A DNA stretch of 64,000 nt. Source: the human T2T-CHM13v2.0 reference genome, Homo sapiens. Position 1 is the first letter of the stretch. Each line of letters opens with the position of its first letter. Shown here in pieces: positions 55,906 through 64,000 of the stretch. The notes under the pieces are model-generated. The model saw nothing but the letters and a program-made list of their open reading frames with translations, ran no database searches and was not told the origin of the DNA. The position numbers and the translations under genes were made by a program. The stretch lies in the NCBI RefSeq assembly GCF_009914755.1, contig NC_060926.1. One strand, 5' to 3'.

Positions 55906-58900
55906 ATGTGAATGGCAGCACCAGCATCCACATCAGCTCATCATCTTCATCAGTGGCATTACCTGAAACACTCTGTCCTCATCCGTGACATACATTAGAG
56001 GAAAACAGCCTTGTTTTCTTTAGGTTTTGTATTCTCCCAAGGCTGAAACTTGTATTTGTAATGCTACAACTTTGATAATTTTTTCCCTTAAGAGTTCCTT
56101 CAGCAGCCTTTTTTTCCTACCAACTTGCATGTGTAGAGTTATTCAGTAGATGACACCGAAGAGTTTCATAGTGAATGTTTGTTGAGTGAATGTATGAAAT
56201 GAACAATACCACCACCTCCAAAGCAAGTTTATTTTCTCTTGTTGATTCTAATGAGGATTTTGTTTTTAAATGGGGTAGGTGGTGGTGGTTGGTATGTGGT
56301 TTTGATAGCCAGGAGTGATGTGGCACAGGTGGTTGTGTGGGGTTAGGGATGGCTAGCCCATCAACCCAATCATATGGAAATTCCTTTTCATTATACTGCA
56401 AAGCAGCCAGCTAGAAATGGAAAATCTAGTTAACTAGTTCTTTTATGGAAAACATCCAAGTTGGTAGAAGTTTTTTTCACTGAATGTCTCCTAACACCTC
56501 CCTGATGGCCTGGCTAGATTGACTCATTATTTCCAACCGACCAGCTTGACCTGACAGAGCTTCTGTGACAGAACCCCTGCCCAAAGCTCCTTCTATCCCC
56601 AAAGCGCTCTGCTGGCTGCTCTGGAGAGCGCAGGTTTGACAATCTCCAGTCTCCCCTCCATTGAGTCTTAACTGTTTCTAACAATCATTTCACGGCTGAA
56701 CCCCAATTTGCATCATGGGTATAGACAAGGGGTAGAATACTAGTATTAAACAGTTGAATACGTGGCAAATGGGAGTAGAATTAAGACAAACAAACAACAG
56801 TAAAGAGATCAAGAAGCCTGCTAGTGTGAAAGGCAGTTTGGGCTGCTAAGTCATATCTTCCCAAGGGGTAATATACAAGCAACTGGAAACAAGAGGTGTC
56901 TTCTTAACAATAGAGTCAGACATACATACACCCTTCAATCTTTTAGTAATACTTTGGGTTAAAAAATGTTTAAATATTAGGCCTATATTTTCCTTTATTA
57001 CCAGAGCCTCTTCTTCCAGATTCTATCAGAAAGCTAATACTAACAATAATGTCGTATAGGTTCTAAGATTGTGGGAAACCTCACTTCAAAGCCCCTTCAT
57101 TAGAAGCTCAGACTTCCATACTAGCACCTAGTTTCAGGCCCATGTTGGGACTAATTACTGCCACTGGGTTTGTCGTGAGCCATCGCACCTGGCGAACCTA
57201 CCTATATCTTTCTTTGAATGTGCTCAGACCAAGGGTCTTATCTTAAAGGAATATCAGACCAGAGCACCAGACCTATGGCTGAGAAACACCTTTTTTACCC
57301 CAGCACACATTTTCCCATCCATCCATTCATCCATCTCCAACAAATAACCTTACACAGCTTCCCCACTCTGAAAGGTAGATACCATATCTGTCTACTTTAT
57401 CTCCAAATCATAGTCCATAGCCAGCAGAGCGTAACCACCAAAGGAATATTTGTTCAATAAATAAGTGAACAGTTATAAAATGCCCACTATATTGGCATAG
57501 TCATACATATATGATGAAGCACAGTCCCTGCCTTCTTGATACTCACAGTTGTTTTTCAGGATAGCTTTGTACCCCATCAGAAAAAAATAGATTTCAAGGC
57601 CGCTAATGTTCCTTTTATATTCCATTGGCTGGCCGTGTCAATATTGACTGTGTAATGCACTGACAGATGCGCAGTTCCCTTCAGAGAGAAATGAGAAAAA
57701 AAAAAAAAACAGCTTCACATCAGGCAAATTTTGATTATTTCTTTCTAAAGTGCACAGCACCTCCAGTCACTAATGGTTGTAAGAGACTTCGGGGACACTA
57801 ATCTTAATGCGCCATTTCCTATAGGTCTTGTTAGTTCCTAAAACCATCTGTAAGAAGTTATTGTATTTGGCTTTCTTCAGCCATATTTTTTAAGCACGAC
57901 ATTTAATTAGTGCTTGTTAAGATGTTTCAAGTGCTTTGGCCACTTCTCTCACCCCTGCTGTTTCTTCATGGTCAGCATATTTTCTGGAAATGTTGTTTTC
58001 GGGAAAGGGCATCAGATGCGTCTGTGTCTGGAGAATTGCTCTGTGTATCCATGTGAAGCAAGTCTCTGAGAGCAACTGGAGGGACTGTCAGGCTGGCTGT
58101 GGGGCCTCCGTGTTCACAGCAGCTACTTTGAAAGGCCTCCAGTTTTGACGTTCTCATGGAAAAAGCAGAGACCTCAAAATGGGTTTGGAACCGACAACAA
58201 TAGGAGGGTACACTGGAGCCCTGGAGAAGAATGTCACATAAGTGAAATGTATTTGAAATATTTAATCTAGGAACCTTTGGATTAACTTCATTAAAAAGAG
58301 TTTGCTTGAAAGGGCATAATTTTTGCTCGAAGAGACCTTATGAAAACTGCAAAATGGTTGATGGTACTGAAATATCCACCCATGCTCACTAAAGGAATAA
58401 ATAGGTTGAATATAATTCCATTATTTTTGCAACTGTTTAATACCATAAAATTCATTAAAATTTCAAACTGCTTTACAAAATAAGACATTTTTTTCTAAGT
58501 TTTTCCCCAAAATTCTTTATCCACATTTGGATTAGAATGGCTTGATATTTGTAGTAGTTTATGAAGCGCAAATTCATGTCAAATCTGATATACAAAAGAA
58601 AAGTATTTCAAGATAATACGGAATCTGTGAAAATGAAGAAATATGTGTATTTAGCTAGGTTAAGAAACGCTATCTAATCTACTAGCATAACCTCAAATTT
58701 TTTTTGAGACATATTCGAGGAACAAAAAGCTTTATGCCGATCATTGCTTTAATGGTAATTAAGTTTTCTTTCTCTTTGAATTTTACTGTACTCTTCTAAG
58801 GTAAAGAGGAAGCACAATACATGTAATATAGAGTTAGTCAAATTATTAATATTCCACATGTAAAGTAATTTCTACTGGAGCCTTTTTTTTGCCTCTGTAA

Positions 58901-61900
58901 TCTAAACATTAAAGTATATTGAAGTCTTTAGTCAAAGACTGGCATTTGGCACTGGGTGTCCAAACATTTCCCGCTGGGCCCTCAACCACTAACAAGCTTT
59001 TTGTTTGGATAGAAGAGAAAGGGGAGAGTAAGGAGTTGAGCTGGCTAACTCTTGACATCTGAAATCTTTATCAGTCACAACGACTTTTTTGGTTTGTGTT
59101 GATGATTTGTGGTATTGTTGTTTATCTGTATATCATTCACTTGGACTCGCTGTTTAGATGCAAAGATCTCAAGACCATCTGCAGTCTTGATGGGTAGTTG
59201 TAGCAGCCCGACCAGACATCTGGCTGTCAGTTATAATTGCATTCCTGCTCCTAAAGTTGTTGTTAGATACTCCTGATTCCCTTTGAATGTATTACCGTGA
59301 TGCACCACCGTTTCAGGCCATTGATGTGAGAGACCGAGTTAATTCCTGGCTTTCGTCTGGCTAGAACCAAGATTTATAAAATGAACAGAACTATCCATTT
59401 TGCTGGAAGTGTGGCTGTTTTTGTCTGCATTAGGTTTAATGATGCATCAGTTTCTTCTGCAGCCTATACAACTGATTCTTTGAACATGGAGAGAAATAGT
59501 GCATCCGAAAACTATTTTCATGGTGTTGCCATGTTTACTATTTCCTGTTGTCTTTGCCTGAAAGTGTTTTAACAAAAATTAGGGTAGAGCATACAAACAT
59601 TTGAGGCAGGGGATGAAAGGAGTTGTTATTATGTTTCCTTTCCAGGTTAATGTGGTTGCCTTTGATTTAAGCACTACATACTTAGGACAGGATATGACAC
59701 CAATTAAAGACATGAAACTTAATTTTTGGACTAAACAATCACATAATCCTTCTTCTGGTATCTGGTTGAGGTTTACTGACATGGCATTTATTTCTCAGTC
59801 ACAATCCTAAATTTATTGGGTTGGCTTTACTTAAGGTACATGGGGCAACTAATATTAGTGCATGTAAAAACCTAGCAATGTCCTAAATTGTAAAGGAGCT
59901 ATTATAAAGAGAACATATTTTTTCCCGATGACTGTCAACATGAGATCAAGAATGCATGCAAACTCACTCCATGAGCCCTGGGCTCACTCATCTTGGTTGG
60001 AGGCAGATTTTGATTTAAGATCTAAATTTCAAAAAACGAAAATCAATTTTATCTCATAAAGTACAACAGGGAAAATTTTTACTAATAACCTCTCCTTAGC
60101 CTTAAATTTAAATTACATTTTTGTCAAGAGAATTTTAGTATTTATTGAAAATCAAGTTTAGATAATAATCACAAAATAATGCATTAATCGTTTAAAAAGA
60201 TAAAAAGTAATGTACTGTTTGTGGGTAACACATTTAAATAATAAAATTGAATATTAGTGTTTAATTTTAGTACAAAAAATAATTAAAATGAAGGCATGCA
60301 AATATAATGAGCCAGGTTAACCTCCCCATCTTTCCACTTTGACACCTTGTTTAACTCTAGCTAATGATGCTATGAAAAAAAGTATTAGTGGTTTCAGTTC
60401 AGCCCCTGGTGGTCTATATCACATATTGCATAACCTGCTGGTGGGTCTTACGGGCTATTTCTCATTTACAGACAGTAGCCTTTTATAATTCTGTCTGGAA
60501 GTGGGGGATTGCAGAGGGAGGGTGCCCTGTTTTAACCTATTTATTATGCACTTGAAAATACTGAAAATGTTTATAGAAGTCAAATTAAATTTTGTAAAAC
60601 ACATTAGTGCATTCATATGTTCAAACCTGAGCCTACAATTCTATACCAACTACTCACGTAAAGTCATTATGTGGAAAAGAAAAAAGTCACTTATGGCTTC
60701 TACTCCATGTGGAAAATTACCAAAGACTGCAGTTTTCCTAACCACGAACGGTCTCATTTCCCATGTGCAGTTGGTTAGCTCCTCACTGTATCCCCAAGGA
60801 GTGCGTGAGTCTGAAGCACTGCAGAAAAATGAGAATTTTCACACTTTAAAAGAGCCAAGGCAGCATTTGTAATGACTAAAAATAAGAGCAGAAGAAGTAA
60901 AAGAGGAAAGAAAGATTGGTCCCCGGTTTTCCTTCCCCTCTGTTAAGCGAGACCATGGAGTTTCCAGGTGAAAGTCAATTGTGGGCTTGCTTTTAATTTA
61001 TACAGGACGTTAGGAAAGAAAAAGAAAGAAGAAGAATACCAACTCCCTTAAATTTCCTAGCTCAAAGTTGCTTGCAGTGAATGCTAAAATGAAAGGAGTT
61101 ATCAAGGCCAAATTCACTATACAGCTTTTGCGAACTGTTAGAAGCAATTTCCAGGACCTGTGCTTTTACATAGGTTTGCTTTCACTCTCAGCTTGAGTGT
61201 TAATTTTTGACTAGTTCTTTCTATCCTTTCGTCAAATGTACACATCCATTTCTTCCGGCATCTCACACACACACTGCACACCACACACACACACGTGCAT
61301 TATATACATAAGCAAATACCTCTAGCCACTTGGTAACAGTATTTTAGAAAGCAGCTTGATATCTGGATTAGAGAGTTGAATACTTTCAGACAACTCTCGT
61401 GGGCACAATGTGTTAACTGTTTTCTGTGCCACCATTTTATTGTATGCGAGCGGATGGCAAAATGGTGGTTCCAGCTTTTTGTTGTATAAGGACTCCTTCG
61501 CATTCAGCCTCTGATTGAAGAACCAGTTTGTATACCGATAGAAAAGCCAGGCTTCTCAGTCTGGGAGACTGACTAAATAAACCATATACGCAAATCTTCT
61601 TCTACTCACTGCTTTGCAGACGCTTAACCAAAATTTTGCATATATAAGTACAAAGGGAGCAAATCCTGATTAAAATAAAAAATGGACAGAAATGATATTC
61701 CATTTAAATATATAATTCAATGGTGTTGGTAAATACATATGTTATTAAAAGACCTTCCAACGTTGCCATAAGTAAACTACCTTGAGAAAAGGTCCAACAC
61801 AGAGTTAGCGTAGAGAATGTGAATGTTTTACTTGTGCATAAACGATCTTTCCAGATCAAGGTCGAGGTCATTGGCAAGATAGTTTAGTGAGCTCATTCTA

Positions 61901-62614
61901 CAGTTATTTGCACATGCAAATTGGGGTTCCAATTTTAAAAATATTATTGCTTTTTGTTCATGAGAAGAGCTTTGATTAAATTCTTAAAATAAGAATATTA
62001 AAATAATTGAACAATATACCTGTGCTAATAATATTCAGTTTTAATTAGCTCCTAAATAGAATCAAAGCTAAAATGGATTTTGACGTACCCTTAACTGGAT
62101 CTCAAATTAAGGAGAGATGAATTTGACTAAGAGAAGATTTTTACATTGTTGTCTATTACAGCTGAATTACCACTCTCTTTTGTCTGAAGAAAAATATTTT
62201 CTTCTCAACGAGGTATATATTTTTAAGACTGAAGACAACTGAAGCTTACAGCATATAGTATTTGGTTAGATTTTTTTTTTTTTTGCTTTTTGACTGCAGT
62301 TGCCAAACATTTGAGATTATAAAAACGATAGTACTACATAAAATAGACCTGCAGCAACACTGTTTATGGCACACGCAACAATATTATTTTCTGCTGTTTG
62401 GTGTGCAGGAGTTGTAAATAGCAAAATGTGTAAGCCATTAAATCTAGTAGCAATAGGACTCAAAGCAAGGTTTATTATACCAGTGCCTGAAAAGCTTTAC
62501 TTTTTATCTCTGTGTGTTAAATTTTCGTGTTTGCAACAGTATTTTAGCTCTGGAGCTATTTATCTGGTAGCATCTTTGAGAAAAAGGAAATGGACAGATG
62601 TCCATAAACAAAGG

Positions 62615-62628
62615 GCTCCACCTGGTGG
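62615..62628 (-). promoter_or_regulatory. CTCF-like motif
   Basis: Minus strand reads CCACCAGGTGGAGC, close to the CTCF core CCACCAGGTGGCGC. Confidence 0.5.
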
Positions 62629-64000
62629 TAAAGAGGAGGTATGAAATGTTGATGAAGAGAACTAATGCTGCAAAGGCAAACAGATGGAAGAGCAACGCGT
62701 GTGCGTGTGTGTATGTCTCCTAAAATGAATATGTTTGAAGGAAAGAGAATGACAAAAGCCTCCAAATTTGGATTCCAGTGTGGATATAGGCTTACAGCTA
62801 ACATTATTTGATTATTTCTTTCACATTCAGTCATTCCAATATGTTTACAAATTATTTTATTCAAAATACATACATCTGAACAGATATTAACAGATGACCC
62901 TAACAGATACTAGGTACAATTGATGACAAACTATCCATATCATCTGATCATCTTAGGTTTTAGTAGAATGCCATCTAGTAGACAGATTTAAACAAAGAAA
63001 GCATTTGTTCCGACTCGAGGGCATCCTTTAGGTGGCTTTGTGGCTCACCTAGTTAGGAAGACCTGAAAAGGATGTGGTGCAGAGCTCCGGGGAGGGAAGC
63101 AAGGGTTTCAAATCCATGACTAAGAAACAGAAAATTGTTCATTTTAAAATGTCATCTGTGGCTGAAGTGTTGAAGAATTTGAATCTGCGTATTGTGATTC
63201 TTCCACCTTTTCAAACTCTAAAATTAGGCCAGGAATTACATATATCAAATACTATGCAAAATGTAAAACAGGCATGCCGTTTATGGCTCTCTACGTAAGG
63301 TGGAAATTAAATCTTCAGCCTCCAATAAAATTGTATTTCTGTAATAAAACTGCTGCACCTTGACTCTAGACTACATTGAATCCCAAATTAAACACTCCAT
63401 TTGCTGTACTGTAACAAGCAAAAGGGTTTGCTACACTGAACAATATTACAGATAGGAAAAACGTATTCTTTTTTGCTTTATCACCTATGTAGAGACCACG
63501 AAAACAGGCTAATTCCTCATCTCTTCTTTCTCAGAACACAACATGTTTTGATATGGGAAATTTTAAAATTCTATCTTTCATTGCTAAAATTTATATTTCT
63601 TCCTAATTCTATAAATCAGCATAGATGACTAGGCCTAAAAAAAGTCAACCAAGTAGGATATTTACTACAAAATGTCTACTGCATTTCATGGATAACTCAG
63701 GCTTATAAGCAGAAACAGCTGGTGTGCTAAAGGCTAGGTACATTTCTTTATGCATTATGTATAATTCCCCATAATGTACATGCAACATTCACTCCACATC
63801 CATATCTGAAGTGCACACATACTGCTACATGATCTATGAAAGTTTTAAACTTAGGATCTGTTAATACATATGTATTTATCTCACCCAGTGTTGATTTAGA
63901 AGAAATTAGACTGGATGTTCTTTTAAGCAGTCTAATTCTATAGTTTTTTTTTCCCTCACCACGCCATGGCCCAGCCAGCGCTGACTTCTGGCATTTGTAA

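Overview
Non-coding human genomic DNA (two copies carry the AluYa5 diagnostic bases); I did not identify the locus. No intact protein-coding exon is supported: the listed ORFs are Alu or L1 remnants, CpG-island shadows or chance. The first ~43 kb is a dense retro/DNA-transposon landscape. It holds several AluJ/S/Y copies, two MST solo LTRs with perfect 5-bp TSDs, two multi-layer nested insertions (15.9-18.0 kb and 18.8-20.9 kb), a 2.9-kb 5'-inverted L1PA with a 16-bp TSD, and a 5'-truncated beta-actin (ACTB) retrocopy. A ~1.1-kb CpG island at ~47.45-48.55 kb lies in a largely transposon-free block and has EGR, CTCF-like, CCAAT and E-box motifs. Splice signals point away from it on both strands, suggesting a possibly bidirectional promoter of non-coding or long-intron transcripts. 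Two young AluYa5 copies in inverted orientation bracket the island. I found no evidence of a new multi-gene system; the best leads are retrotransposition/repair fossils and the promoter architecture. Repeat subfamily names come from recalled consensus sequences, not from an alignment.
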